Counted from the stretch's first letter, positions 9,040 to 19,314 are shown. The stretch is DNA of 64,000 nucleotides from Pseudomonadota bacterium (GCA_021325135.1 JAJPHT010000030.1:152826-216825); one strand, 5' to 3'. Notes: generated from the letters alone by a model not told the origin. Numbers and translations are program-made.

Positions 9040-10134
9040 ATGCACGGCAGGCTGTCGGGGATCGTTCCCGCCCTCCTTCTCCTCGCGCTGGCCTTCACGG
9101 GCTGCATGGGCCAGGGTCCGCACTTCGAGAACGCGGGCGTCAAGGAGGTCTCTGCCAAGCGGAACGCGGACCTCGCGGCCAGCGCCGCCAAGGCGTGGGA
9201 CAAGTCCGCGGCGCTGGTGGCTGTGGGCGGCGCCGAGGCGCAGGACGCGCCCGACCCCGACCTGCCCGCCGACCCCGACGTGGGCAACGGCCTGGCCACC
9301 CAGTGGACCTACGTCTACCAGTCGGCCGAAGGCAAGTCGCGCGCCTTCGAGGTCAGCGCGGACGGCACCGTCGTCTCCAAGAACGAGTCCGAGGCCTTCG
9401 ACGACTACGGCAGCTACGCCGGGAGCTACGCGGCGGCCTACCAGTCCTACCGCGCCCAGTCCGCGGACGGCAAGCCCCTGGGCAACTGGTCGTGGGACTC
9501 GGATGCTGCGCTCGCCGCGGCGCTGAAGAACGAGACCTTCCGCGGCGCGGCGCGCGCGCCCAACTCCACCCTGGCCGAGGCGCTGGGCAACACGGGCGTC
9601 CCCGACGCGTGGGTCTTCATGGCCAGCTCGCCCGAGCGCTCCGTCATCGCGGCGGTCAACGCCACCAGCGGCGAGATCGTGGGCATCCACGACCTCTCGC
9701 GCTACTCGTGGCAGGGCAGCATGGAGACGCAGGCCGCGGTCGCGCCCCCGACGCCGCCCACGCCCCCCTCCACGCCCAACGCCACGGCCGCGCCCCCGGT
9801 CCACCTCCACGAGTCGGGCTCCCTCACGCCCGCGCAGTCCACCGACACGTTCCGCTTCCACCTCGCGGCGCCCGAGTCGGGCCGGCTCAACGTCACCATG
9901 GTCTCCAGCGGCGACGTGCTCTCCTACGGCTGGAGCCTCATGCAGGGCGAGAAGGTCATCAAGACCGACAACTCGGGCACGTTCTCCCTCTCGGGCGTCA
10001 ACGACGCCATGCGCCTTGCCCTCGACAAGCCCGGCGACTACTCGCTCGTGCTGGACATGTCCTACGTCCAGGGCGCGGTGCCCCTGGCCAAGGTCAGCTA
10101 CGACGTCGGTCTCGACCTCGTGCCCTCCAACTGA
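9040..10134 (+). CDS. Hypothetical lipoprotein
   Basis: Lipobox AFTGC; Pro/Thr linker; beta-rich C-terminal domain. Confidence 0.75.
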   Translation: MHGRLSGIVPALLLLALAFTGCMGQGPHFENAGVKEVSAKRNADLAASAAKAWDKSAALVAVGGAEAQDAPDPDLPADPDVGNGLATQWTYVYQSAEGKSRAFEVSADGTVVSKNESEAFDDYGSYAGSYAAAYQSYRAQSADGKPLGNWSWDSDAALAAALKNETFRGAARAPNSTLAEALGNTGVPDAWVFMASSPERSVIAAVNATSGEIVGIHDLSRYSWQGSMETQAAVAPPTPPTPPSTPNATAAPPVHLHESGSLTPAQSTDTFRFHLAAPESGRLNVTMVSSGDVLSYGWSLMQGEKVIKTDNSGTFSLSGVNDAMRLALDKPGDYSLVLDMSYVQGAVPLAKVSYDVGLDLVPSN

Positions 10135-11983
10135 GCAGGGCGGCCACTGCGAGGGGCGCCCACGCGCCCGCGCCCGGCGTCGCCTTCTCGGGCGGGCGCC
10201 AGGCCCAGTCCTGCTCCATCCTCCCGCGCATCCACGCCGCCGCCTCCGTCGCGTTCCACAGGATGGCGCCCGCCTCGCGGTTCTCCGTCGCGCTGGCGCG
10301 GCCCCAGTTCATGCTCCCCACGTAGAGCGAGCCGTCGGCCACGACGGCCTTGGCGTGGAGCGTGCGGCCCGACGCGTCGACGCGCGCCGCGAGCGGCAGC
10401 CCCTCGCGCTGCGCCAGCGCGGAGAGGCGCTCCGCGTCCGCGCGGTTGCGCCCGTCGTCGTCCCGGCCGTCCAGGAGGAGCCGCACCTCGACGCCCCGGC
10501 GCGCGGCGTCCACCAGCGCGTCGAGGAACGGATCGGGCACGTCGCCGAAGCGCGCGTCGGCGAAGAGCATCTCCACGTCGACGCGCTGCCGCGCCTCGCG
10601 GATCATGCGCAGCAGCGTGGCGTTGGACGCGCCGTCGTCGGGGGACAGCACCAGGGAGACGTTCCACGCGCCTTCCGCCCGGAAGAGGGGGCCCTCCGCG
10701 GCGCCGGCCCCGGGCGCGAGGTCCGCGGGCGGCGCGTCGCCCGCGTCGGGATGCACGTCGGGCCAGGGCGCCATGTCGGCGTCCATCACGGCCGCGAGGC
10801 GCGAGGCGAAGGTGGCGTTCTCCACCACCAGGCCGAAGCCGCGCGTCGAGCCCGCGCCGGGGACCGCCGGGAACGATCCCGCGTGGAGGTTGTCGGTCGA
10901 TATCAAAGCCCGCTCGCGGTCCACGACGAGCGCCTTGGCGTGGAGCGTCGGGTAGCGCGCGGGGAAGCCGGGCGCGCCGCCCAGCCACGCGACGCGGGCG
11001 CCCCGCGCCACCAGGGCGGAGACGATCCCGGGCTCCTCGGCGGGGCGGCCCCCCACGGGCGCGCCCTCCAGCAGCGCGCGCACCTCGACGCCCCGCGCAA
11101 GGGCGCGCGAGAGCGCGGCGGCCACGTCGGGGCTGGTCAGCGTGTACGCCTCCACGAGGACCTCCCGCCGCGCGCCATCGAGAAGGGAGACGACGGGCGC
11201 CGCGCCCGCGTCGGGCGTCGCGAAGAGGGCGATGGCGCCTTCGATCTCCAAGGGGGCCCCGTCCTCCGCGGTCCGCCCGAGGCGCACGATCCCCTCCGCG
11301 CGCAGCGCCTCGCCTGGGCCTGGCGCGGGGCCCTCCAGCGCGGCCTCGACGCGGCCCGCCGCGCGCAGCGTCCACGGCCCGTGGCGCGGCGCCTTGGCCT
11401 CGAACGTCTCGCCCGGCGCCAGGGTGATATCAGGCAGGGGCGCTCCGAGGGCGCGGCCCGCGAGGCGCAGCGGCCCCGCGCCGTCGTTGCGCAGGATGGC
11501 CGCCCCCTGGCGGACCTCGACGAGGGCGGGCCGGTCGGGCGGAGGGAGCGCGTGGTCCCCTGTGTCATCGCGCCACCCGGCGGCGCCGGGCAGGAGCGGC
11601 AGCAGCGCGGTGCCCTCCACGACGGGCACCCGCAGGATGATATCACCGTCGCGGCCCACCAGGGAGGCGTTGCCCGCGGCGGCGACCGAGGCCAAGGGGG
11701 AATCCACCAACGAGACGCGCGCCGAGGCGGCGGCTTTCGCGCTGCCGCCGCCCGCGGGCCGCAGCCGCGCCGTGAGGTCCGCGCCGCTGGCCGCCAGCGT
11801 GGAGCATCCCGCCTCCACGGGCGCGTATCTTGCGGGCTCCAGGCGCAGCTCGCCGGGCCGGTCCACGCACGCCTCCACCAGGTAGGGGAGCCCCGCGCCG
11901 GCCTCCGCGGGGGCGTGGAGCGTCACGGACCAGGCCGAGGCCACGGGGCTGAGCAGCAGGGCGACCAGCAGCGGGCGGAGCAC
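10094..11983 (-). CDS. Secreted phospholipase D family protein with C-terminal anchor
   Basis: Two HKD motifs (LHAKALVVD, LHAKAVVAD..GSMN); C-terminal TPG-hydrophobic-basic tail. Confidence 0.88.
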   Translation of the reverse strand: MLRPLLVALLLSPVASAWSVTLHAPAEAGAGLPYLVEACVDRPGELRLEPARYAPVEAGCSTLAASGADLTARLRPAGGGSAKAAASARVSLVDSPLASVAAAGNASLVGRDGDIILRVPVVEGTALLPLLPGAAGWRDDTGDHALPPPDRPALVEVRQGAAILRNDGAGPLRLAGRALGAPLPDITLAPGETFEAKAPRHGPWTLRAAGRVEAALEGPAPGPGEALRAEGIVRLGRTAEDGAPLEIEGAIALFATPDAGAAPVVSLLDGARREVLVEAYTLTSPDVAAALSRALARGVEVRALLEGAPVGGRPAEEPGIVSALVARGARVAWLGGAPGFPARYPTLHAKALVVDRERALISTDNLHAGSFPAVPGAGSTRGFGLVVENATFASRLAAVMDADMAPWPDVHPDAGDAPPADLAPGAGAAEGPLFRAEGAWNVSLVLSPDDGASNATLLRMIREARQRVDVEMLFADARFGDVPDPFLDALVDAARRGVEVRLLLDGRDDDGRNRADAERLSALAQREGLPLAARVDASGRTLHAKAVVADGSLYVGSMNWGRASATENREAGAILWNATEAAAWMRGRMEQDWAWRPPEKATPGAGAWAPLAVAALLSWRARGRDRRRS

Positions 11984-12105
11984 GGGAGAGGGAGCGCGCG
12001 GGAGGGCTTGACCCTCCTCCCGGAATCACCCGTCGCAGCCGCGCAACGGTGAACCCTCTGGGACGTGGGAGCGCCCATCAAATACCTCCCCCGGGCTGCT
12101 GGGGC

Positions 12106-13008
12106 GTGCTCCGCCGCGACCTTCTCCTCGGCATCGCCCTCCTTGCCCTCGTCCTGGGGGGCCTCTACATCTACACGGGCACGTGGCCCCCCGCCGTCAT
12201 CGTGGAGAGCGGGAGCATGATGCACGCGGACTCGGAGGTCACCTACGGCCGCATCGGCACCATCGACCCGGGCGACCTCGTCCTGGTGAAGCACGTCAAG
12301 GGGCCCGAGGACGTGGGGACCCTCGTCGAGGGCTCGCGGGGGAGCTACGGGAAGCCGGGCGACGTGCTGATCTACCACCCGGGGGGCGACGCCGCCGCGA
12401 CGCCCATCATCCACCGCGCGCTGGCCTACATCGAGGTGCGCCCCGGCCCCCTCTACTGGGTGCGCTGGTCCGACGAAGCGCCCTGCGAAGGGGGCGCGTC
12501 CAAGGCGCGCGACGAGGGGCACTCGTGGTGCGTCTACGCGGGCAACGGCGTGCTGGTGCCCTCCGCCTCGCTGGGCGTCCCGGGGCCGGGCGGGAGCCTC
12601 CAGCCGTACCGGCCGCAGGCGACGGGCTTCGTGACCAAGGGGGACCACAACGCCTACATCGACCCCGTGGGGCCCATCTCCCACGACGCGCAGGGGCGCC
12701 CCTCGCCCGTCCTCGCGGGCTGGATCGAGGGCAAGGCGCGCGGCGAGCTTCCCTGGCTGGGCCTCGTGAAGCTCGCCCTCGCCGGGAAGCCCAACCAGCC
12801 CGACCCGCCCGCGGATTGGACCAAGGTGGGGAGCGCCTACGCGCCCCGCGACCTGTGGGTCATGCTGGCCGTGTCGCTGGGGCTCCTCGTGGGCGCCCCC
12901 CTGGGGTGGGACGCGTGGCGCGCGCTCCAGAGGAGACGCAGGTCGCGGGAGCCGGTTCCTTCCCAGGGAGCGAAGCCTCAAGAAAGAGGCCCGCCTCCCG
13001 GGACGTGA
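12106..13008 (+). CDS. Signal peptidase I (S26, archaeal type)
   Basis: VIVESGSM (Ser), IDPGDL, PIIHRA (His), TKGDHN. Confidence 0.9.
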   Translation: MLRRDLLLGIALLALVLGGLYIYTGTWPPAVIVESGSMMHADSEVTYGRIGTIDPGDLVLVKHVKGPEDVGTLVEGSRGSYGKPGDVLIYHPGGDAAATPIIHRALAYIEVRPGPLYWVRWSDEAPCEGGASKARDEGHSWCVYAGNGVLVPSASLGVPGPGGSLQPYRPQATGFVTKGDHNAYIDPVGPISHDAQGRPSPVLAGWIEGKARGELPWLGLVKLALAGKPNQPDPPADWTKVGSAYAPRDLWVMLAVSLGLLVGAPLGWDAWRALQRRRRSREPVPSQGAKPQERGPPPGT

Positions 13009-13970
13009 TGTCCGTCCACAAGGTGGTGATCGTCGGGTCGGGCCCCGCCGGCCTGACGGCCGCGCTCTACGCCGCCCGCGCCAACCTCGACCCCCTCGTC
13101 ATCGCCGGCTACGAGGCGGGCGGCCAGCTCATGATCACCACCGAGGTGGAGAACTACCCCGGCTTCCCCGAGGGCATCCAGGGCCCCGAGCTGATGGAGA
13201 AGTTCCGCAAGCAGGCCGAGCGCTTCGGCACGAAGTTCATCGACAAGAACGTCACCAGCGTGGACTTCTCCAGGCGCCCCTTCACGCTGGACGTGGAGGG
13301 CGAGAAGATCCAGGCCAAGAGCGTCATCGTCGCCACCGGCGCCTCCGCCAAGTGGCTGGGCCTCGCCAACGAGACGCGCCTGCGCGGCCACGGCGTGAGC
13401 GCGTGCGCGACGTGCGACGGCTTCTTCTTCAAGGGCAAGGAGATCGCCGTCGTGGGCGGCGGCGACACCGCCATGGAGGAGACCAGCTTCCTCACCAAGT
13501 TCGCCAGCAAGGTCTACCTCATCCACCGGAGGAACGAGTTCCGCGCCTCCAAGATCATGCAGGAGCGCGTCCTCTCCAACCCCAAGGTGGAGGTCGTCTA
13601 CGACACCGTCGTCGAGGACGTGCTGGGCGAGAAGACCGTCGAGGCGCTCGCGCTGAGGAACCTCAAGACCGGCGCCAAGAGCAAGCTCGCCGTGGGCGGC
13701 TTCTTCCTCGCCATCGGCCACCAGCCCAACACGCAGATCTTCCAGGGCCAGCTGGACATCGACGAGAAGGGCTACATCCGCACGCACGGCCCCCTGGAGA
13801 CGCGCACCAACGTCGAGGGCGTCTTCGTCGCGGGCGACGTGTTCGACCAGCGCTACCGCCAGGCCATCACCGCCGCGGGCTCCGGTTGCAAGGCGGCCAT
13901 CGACGTGGAGCGCTGGCTCCACGAGCACGACGCCACGCACCCGCCCATCAACACGGAGAAGAACTGGTAG
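13008..13970 (+). CDS. trxB: Thioredoxin-disulfide reductase
   Basis: GSGPAG, CATCDG, GGGDTA, AGDV..YRQAITAAG. Confidence 0.97.
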   Translation: MSVHKVVIVGSGPAGLTAALYAARANLDPLVIAGYEAGGQLMITTEVENYPGFPEGIQGPELMEKFRKQAERFGTKFIDKNVTSVDFSRRPFTLDVEGEKIQAKSVIVATGASAKWLGLANETRLRGHGVSACATCDGFFFKGKEIAVVGGGDTAMEETSFLTKFASKVYLIHRRNEFRASKIMQERVLSNPKVEVVYDTVVEDVLGEKTVEALALRNLKTGAKSKLAVGGFFLAIGHQPNTQIFQGQLDIDEKGYIRTHGPLETRTNVEGVFVAGDVFDQRYRQAITAAGSGCKAAIDVERWLHEHDATHPPINTEKNW

Positions 13971-15522
13971 GCCGCGACACCATCGTCGGCCGGGCTCCCG
14001 CGCGCACGACGCGCCCCTCCTCCGCGAGCCGGTCCAGGTGGTGGCTCAACAGCTGCCGCGAGACGCCCACCCGCTCCCGCAGGTCGCGCACGTCCAGGGG
14101 GGCGCCGTCCTCCGGAAGCGCGTCGAGGATGCGCTGCGCGACGGGGTGCAGCGCGGCGGCGACGGTCTGGGCCCCGGCGGGGTAGACGCGCGCCCGGCCG
14201 CCGCGGCGGTCCAGCCGCAGGAGGCCTCCCTTCTCCAGCATGCGGACGTGGAAGCGCGCGACGCTCCACGAGAGGCCCGCGCGCCGGCCAAGCTCCCTCA
14301 GGTGGAGGCCCGGCTCCTGCCGCGCGATCTCGTGCAGCCGGCGCCGCCGCTCATGGAGGAGCAGGTCGCGGGGCGCGAGGCGCGTGTAGAGGGGTGCGAG
14401 CACGCGCAGGAGCACCAGCAGCGCGACGCCGACCAGGGTCGCCTCCACCGCGGGCGCGGCGAGGCCGGCGCGCGGCGACGCGTCCACCACCGGCGCACCG
14501 CCCACGGAGAGCGCGTCGAAGCCGCCGGAGGCCGCGTAGGGGAACGGCCCCAGGGCGGCGCTCCGCTCCAGGGGTGATATCACGAGGTCGCCCGAGGCGT
14601 GGAGCGGCTCGTCCTGGAACGGGTGGCCGCCGCGCTCGTCGCGGTACTCGCCGGTGGCGTGCGGCGCGTCCAGCGTCCCGCGCAGCCGCCACTGGACGGT
14701 GGGGCCCGAGATCCCCCAGTGGCCGGTGACGGGGATGGACGCGCGGCGCGCCTCGCCGTGGAAGAGGAGGCGCGTCTCGCGCTGGACGACGCCCCCGGGC
14801 GAGGTGGACTCGGTGTGGTTGCCCAGCTGCACCGTCTGGAGCGTGCCGTTCCCGTCGAGGAACGTCGCGACGCCGCCGATCACCATGAGGCTCACCGGGC
14901 CGCTGGCGTTGATGGCGTCTCCCGCGAGGACGGGGAAGCCCTCGGCGGAAGCCTGCGGATAGTCGCCCGCGAAGAGCCAGCCCGCCTGCCACGTCCAGTC
15001 GACGTAAGGGGGCGGCCGGTAGGGGAGGAAGGGGGTGGGGTCCACCTGCGAGGCGGCGTAGCCCGCGTAGGCGTGCGCGAGCCTCACGGGGAATCCCGCA
15101 AGGTGCCCCGCGCCCTCCAGCGAGACGACGCCGCCGGGCTGCGCCACGAGGGTGAAGCGCAGAAGCTCGTCGTCCATCCTCACCGAGAGATGCGAGGAGC
15201 GCACGGAGAAGTTCTGGTCCTTCGCAGAGCCCAGGGGCGGGTTGTAGGAGCCGTACTGCGCGGGCACGTTGGCGTGGGCGACCTCCCACGCGCTCACGGT
15301 GATGGTGCCGTTCCCCAGCTCAAGCGCGAAGGCTCCGCTGGCGTGGGCGTCCTCCATCTCCACGATGCCCTCCGGCGCCCTCGCCTCCACCACGCCGTCC
15401 ATCTCCACAGAGGCGGAGGAGGACCACGACAGGCCGTCGACGGCGGCGGAGGCGAGGGGCAGGAGAAGGAGGAGAACGACTCCTCCCGGGGCCAGAAGCC
15501 TCCGCACGATGCGTCCTCGCAA
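13948..15522 (-). CDS. Membrane-anchored regulator: large extracytoplasmic domain, TM, tandem winged HTH
   Basis: Signal peptide, TM followed by PLYTRL, PGLHLRELGR..HVRMLE and VSRQLLSHHLDRL. Confidence 0.8.
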   Translation of the reverse strand: MRGRIVRRLLAPGGVVLLLLLPLASAAVDGLSWSSSASVEMDGVVEARAPEGIVEMEDAHASGAFALELGNGTITVSAWEVAHANVPAQYGSYNPPLGSAKDQNFSVRSSHLSVRMDDELLRFTLVAQPGGVVSLEGAGHLAGFPVRLAHAYAGYAASQVDPTPFLPYRPPPYVDWTWQAGWLFAGDYPQASAEGFPVLAGDAINASGPVSLMVIGGVATFLDGNGTLQTVQLGNHTESTSPGGVVQRETRLLFHGEARRASIPVTGHWGISGPTVQWRLRGTLDAPHATGEYRDERGGHPFQDEPLHASGDLVISPLERSAALGPFPYAASGGFDALSVGGAPVVDASPRAGLAAPAVEATLVGVALLVLLRVLAPLYTRLAPRDLLLHERRRRLHEIARQEPGLHLRELGRRAGLSWSVARFHVRMLEKGGLLRLDRRGGRARVYPAGAQTVAAALHPVAQRILDALPEDGAPLDVRDLRERVGVSRQLLSHHLDRLAEEGRVVRAGARPTMVSRPTSSSPC

Positions 15523-15544
15523 GGATCGTAGGCTTCGCGCGGCT

Positions 15545-16018
15545 TCAACGCTTTTGCGGCCCAGCGGTTTGCCTTTCCTCGTCGAGGAGCCTCACGCCGA
15601 TGGGCCGCGGCTCGCGCGCGGCGCGGACGAGGCTGCCCAGCACGGCGACCGCGCCCGAGGGGTCCTGGAGGTCGCGCACGCGCAGGGGCCTGCCCGAGGC
15701 GCGCGCCACCACGAGGTCGGTGCTCCACAGGTCCCGCTCCAGCCGCACGGCGCGCACGTCCGCGAAGCGCACCGCCTCCTCGCGCCACGCGCGGCGCACC
15801 ACGAGGCGACGCCGCGTGGCGATCACCTCCGCGCGCAGGCGCAGGCCCGCGACGCCGTAGGCGGCGGCCAGCAGCACGACGACGCCGGCGGCCCACGGCA
15901 GGCGCAGCGCGGCCAGGAGGAGCGCGAACGCACAGCCCAGCGCCGTGCCCAGGAGGGGGAGGCCCGCGCTCTGCGTCAGCCGATAGAGCGGCTCGTCGGA
16001 GTCGCCGGGCGCGGCCAT
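15545..16018 (-). CDS. Bacterial PH-domain membrane protein
   Basis: Two TM then IATRRRLVVRR...VRFADVRAV. Confidence 0.7.
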   Translation of the reverse strand: MAAPGDSDEPLYRLTQSAGLPLLGTALGCAFALLLAALRLPWAAGVVVLLAAAYGVAGLRLRAEVIATRRRLVVRRAWREEAVRFADVRAVRLERDLWSTDLVVARASGRPLRVRDLQDPSGAVAVLGSLVRAAREPRPIGVRLLDEERQTAGPQKR

Positions 16019-16105
16019 GGAAGGGCCTCTCCCCGCGCATGGATGAAGCGCACGCCTTTCCTGAACCTCCCCAAGGCTCAAGGGGGGTCTCCCCGGTGCG
16101 CGGCC

Positions 16106-16519
16106 ATGCGCGTCAAGCGGATCGACCATCTGGGCGTCGCGGTCGCCGACCTCGCCGCCGCGAAGCGCCTCTACGAGGACCTGCTGGGCCTCAAGCTCAC
16201 CCACGAGGAGGTCGTCCAGGACCAGGGCGTCCGCACGCTGTTCTACCCCCTGGCGGGCGTCAAGCTGGAGCTGCTGGAGTCCATCACGCCCGACGGCCCC
16301 ATCGCCAAACACCTCGCGAGCCGCGGCCCCGGCATCCAGCACCTCGCCGTCGAGGTGGAGGACATCGACGCCGCCATCGCGGAGCTGAAGGCCAAGGGCG
16401 TCCGCATGATCGACCAGGAGCCGCGCCGCGGCGTCGAGAACAGCCGCATCGCCTTCGTCCACCCCAAGGACACCCACGGCGTCCTGCTGGAATTGGTGGA
16501 GCTGCCCCCCAAGGTCTGA
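16106..16519 (+). CDS. mce: Methylmalonyl-CoA epimerase
   Basis: IDHLGVAV, ELLE, GIQHLA, FVHPK..GVLLEL. Confidence 0.92.
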   Translation: MRVKRIDHLGVAVADLAAAKRLYEDLLGLKLTHEEVVQDQGVRTLFYPLAGVKLELLESITPDGPIAKHLASRGPGIQHLAVEVEDIDAAIAELKAKGVRMIDQEPRRGVENSRIAFVHPKDTHGVLLELVELPPKV

Positions 16520-16596
16520 CGCTCGAGGGCATCCATTTCGTTCGGTGAAAGGGGCCCGTCGGCGAAGAAACCGCATCTTCGGCCTCCGAAGAGGAT

Positions 16597-16857
16597 ATGT
16601 CCATGGTGGCGCACGCGCGCCTGACGATGCCCTCGCACTCCCTCTTCCACGACCCGCCCCTCACGCCGCCCCGGCCCGGCCGCGAGCAGCGCGACCACGA
16701 GAGGTATCTCCTGGACACAGCCGCCTCGCGAGGCGGCTTGTCGGCACTGTTGCCTGCGGGCAACCGCGCCGACACGCACGCCGAGCGCCGCGCGCCCGAC
16801 CGGCCGCGCCGCCCCCTCCTCGCGCGCGCCCTCGCCCTCGTGGGCGTCCGCTCCTGA
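16597..16857 (+). CDS. Small hypothetical protein
   Basis: GAGGA SD upstream; converges on the Lrp gene. Confidence 0.4.
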   Translation: MSMVAHARLTMPSHSLFHDPPLTPPRPGREQRDHERYLLDTAASRGGLSALLPAGNRADTHAERRAPDRPRRPLLARALALVGVRS

Positions 16858-16860
16858 GGC

Positions 16861-17346
16861 TCAGCGCGACACCACGGGCAGCGCCGCCGGCTCCACCGGC
16901 AGGTGCCCCGTCTCCTTCTTCGTGCCCAGCACCACCGTCGTCTTCGTGCCCACGACGGCCGGAACCGCGGCGATCTTCTCCGAGAGCAGCGCCCGCAGCC
17001 CCTCGATGTCCGCCACGCGCACCTTGAGGAGATAGCAATCCTCCCCCGCGATGGTGTGGATCTCCAGGATCTCCGGCACGCGCGAGAGCGCCTCCGCCAC
17101 GCCGCCGTGCTCGCGCCCCTCCGTCTTCACCTGGATGAACGCCACCAGGCTGCGCCCCAGGAGCCTCGGGTTGAGCCGCGCCTCGTACCCCAGCACGTAG
17201 CCGCGCTCCTCCAGCTTCCGGATGCGCTCCAGGATCGCCGAGGGCACCATGCCCAGCTGGCGGGCGATCTCCGCGTTGGAGACGCGGGCGTTCTGCTGCA
17301 GCGCGCGCAGGATCTTCCGGTCCACGTCGTCCAGGGTCGTGGGCAT
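16861..17346 (-). CDS. Lrp/AsnC family regulator
   Basis: LDDVDRKIL..NARVSNAEIA; AGEDCYLLKV RAM domain. Confidence 0.95.
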   Translation of the reverse strand: MPTTLDDVDRKILRALQQNARVSNAEIARQLGMVPSAILERIRKLEERGYVLGYEARLNPRLLGRSLVAFIQVKTEGREHGGVAEALSRVPEILEIHTIAGEDCYLLKVRVADIEGLRALLSEKIAAVPAVVGTKTTVVLGTKKETGHLPVEPAALPVVSR

Positions 17347-17391
17347 GACCCCTCCACCCTCGCCGGATCGTCATAAGGGTGCCCGAAACGG

Positions 17392-17407
17392 CGACGAACG
17401 TTCGTCG
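17392..17407. promoter_or_regulatory. Perfect 16-bp palindrome upstream of the Lrp gene (candidate operator)
   Basis: CGACGAACGTTCGTCG. Confidence 0.5.
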
Positions 17408-17464
17408 GAGGATGGATATCCTGCGCCGAACGACTGTCGTGACGAATCGTCGGCGACGGCTGCA

Positions 17465-17520
17465 CGGGTGGGTCCGGGTGGCGCCAGGCGTGCACGCCTG
17501 GCGCCACCCGGACCCACCCG
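17465..17520. repeat. Perfect 56-bp spacerless palindrome
   Basis: CGGGTGGGTCCGGGTGGCGCCAGGCGTG|CACGCCTGGCGCCACCCGGACCCACCCG. Confidence 0.95.
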
Positions 17521-17719
17521 CCGCCGTGCGGCGTGACGATCCGTCGCCCCCGCGACCCGAACCTCCAAGCCCCCGTCGCGCGGCTCCTTCGGGCATGCTG
17601 CACGGCTCGCCCCCCTTCGAGCGCCCGGCCGCCGACCGTCTGCCTCCCGAGACGAGGCGGGCGCTGCAGCTGGAGCGCGTGACCACGCCCATTATGCGGG
17701 AGGGGCGCGTCGATCGGGC

Positions 17720-18571
17720 GTGGACCTTCCGCGGATGGATGGCAAGGTCGTTCTGGTCACGGGCGCGAGCAGCGGCATCGGCCTGGAGACCGCGCGGGGG
17801 CTCGCGCGGCTCGGGGCCTCGGTCGTGATGGCGGTGCGCGACGTCCGCAAGGGGGAGGCGGCCGCGGCGGAGATCCGTCGCGGGCTGCCGGACGCGCGGC
17901 TGGAGGTGATGCGCGTGGACCTGGCGGACCTGGACGACGTGCGCCGCTTCGCTCGGGAGTTCGCGGCGGGCCACGGCCGGCTTGACGTGCTGGTGAACAA
18001 CGCGGGCTTCCACGTGGCCGGCTTCGAGCGGACGAAGCAGGGCTTCGAGAGCACGTTCGGCGTGAACCACCTGGGCCACTTCGTCCTGACGCGGGAGCTT
18101 CTTCCTCTTCTGGAGCGCAGCGCGCCCAGCCGCGTCGTGACGGTGGCCTCGGAGGCGCACCGCGGCGCGCGCGTCGACTGGGACGACCTTCAGCTGGAGC
18201 GACGCTGGAGCGGCATGCGGGCCTACGCGAACAGCAAGCTGCTCAACGTGTGGTTCGCGCGCGAGCTGACGCGGCGCCTGGCGGGCACGGGCGTCACGAG
18301 CAACGCGCTGCATCCGGGCAGCGTGCGCACGCAGTGGGGGCGCCGGCCCGAGTCGGGGCTCTTCCGCTGGGGCGTCAAGGTCGCGACGCCGTTTTTGATA
18401 TCGCCAGAGAAGGGGGCCGACACCTCGATCTGGCTCGCGGCGAGCCCCGAGGTGGCGGGCGTCACGGGACGCTACTTCCACCGGCGCCGCGAGGTGGAGC
18501 CCAGCGCGCTCGCGCGGGACGACGCGCAGGCGCGGCGGCTCTGGGACGTCAGCGAGGCGCTTGCGGGCTGA
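17720..18571 (+). CDS. Short-chain dehydrogenase/reductase (retinol-DH-like)
   Basis: TGASSGIG, NNAG, YANSK, LHPG. Confidence 0.95.
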   Translation: MDLPRMDGKVVLVTGASSGIGLETARGLARLGASVVMAVRDVRKGEAAAAEIRRGLPDARLEVMRVDLADLDDVRRFAREFAAGHGRLDVLVNNAGFHVAGFERTKQGFESTFGVNHLGHFVLTRELLPLLERSAPSRVVTVASEAHRGARVDWDDLQLERRWSGMRAYANSKLLNVWFARELTRRLAGTGVTSNALHPGSVRTQWGRRPESGLFRWGVKVATPFLISPEKGADTSIWLAASPEVAGVTGRYFHRRREVEPSALARDDAQARRLWDVSEALAG

Positions 18572-18577
18572 AGGCGC

Positions 18578-19309
18578 TCAGCGGCCCAGGCGATAGCGCA
18601 CGAGCGCCATGCCGATGCGCAGGCCGTCGCGGACGCTCCCGAGCTTGGTCTCCCCGGCGCGGCAGCCGTAGGTGATGGGAAGCTCCGTGATGCGCAGGCC
18701 CGCCACGACGCTGCGGGCGAAGAGCTCGGCCTCCACCTCGAAGTGCTTGCTCGTGAGGCCCAGGCCGCGCACGACGTCGCGGCGGAACGCCCACATGCCC
18801 GTGCAGACGTCGGTGCAGCGGCGGCGGAAGAGGACGCTCGCCAGGGCGGAGAGGCCGTGGTTGCCGACGCGGTTCACCGTCTTCATGGCGCCCGGCTCGA
18901 TGCGGCCCAGGAAGCGCGAGCCCATGACGACGTCGTATCCCTCGTCCAGCGTCGCGATGAAGGCCGGGATGGCGCGCGCGGGGTACGTCGCGTCGGCGTC
19001 GAGCATGACGACGTAATCTCCCTTCGCGATGTCGAGGGCCGTGCGCACGCCGCGCCCCTTGCCGGAGCCAAGCTGCTGGATGACGCGGGCGCCGTGCCCC
19101 TCGGCGACGTCGCGCGTGCGGTCGTGGCTGCGGCCGTCCGCCACGAGGATCTCCACGGGGTAGCCAAGCTCCAGGAGGCGCGGGATGGGCAGCGCGCTGA
19201 AGGTGGCCTCGATGCCGTCCTCCTCGTTCTTGGCGGGCAGGAGGATCGTGACGGAGGGGCGGCGCAGGGCGGCGGTCTGGCCCTTCTGCGCAAGCTGGGG
19301 GAACATCAT
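18578..19309 (-). CDS. GT2 glycosyltransferase (Dol-P-sugar synthase-like)
   Basis: LPAKNEE, DGRSHDRT, LDADATY, GSRF. Confidence 0.92.
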   Translation of the reverse strand: MMFPQLAQKGQTAALRRPSVTILLPAKNEEDGIEATFSALPIPRLLELGYPVEILVADGRSHDRTRDVAEGHGARVIQQLGSGKGRGVRTALDIAKGDYVVMLDADATYPARAIPAFIATLDEGYDVVMGSRFLGRIEPGAMKTVNRVGNHGLSALASVLFRRRCTDVCTGMWAFRRDVVRGLGLTSKHFEVEAELFARSVVAGLRITELPITYGCRAGETKLGSVRDGLRIGMALVRYRLGR

Positions 19310-19314
19310 GGCCT

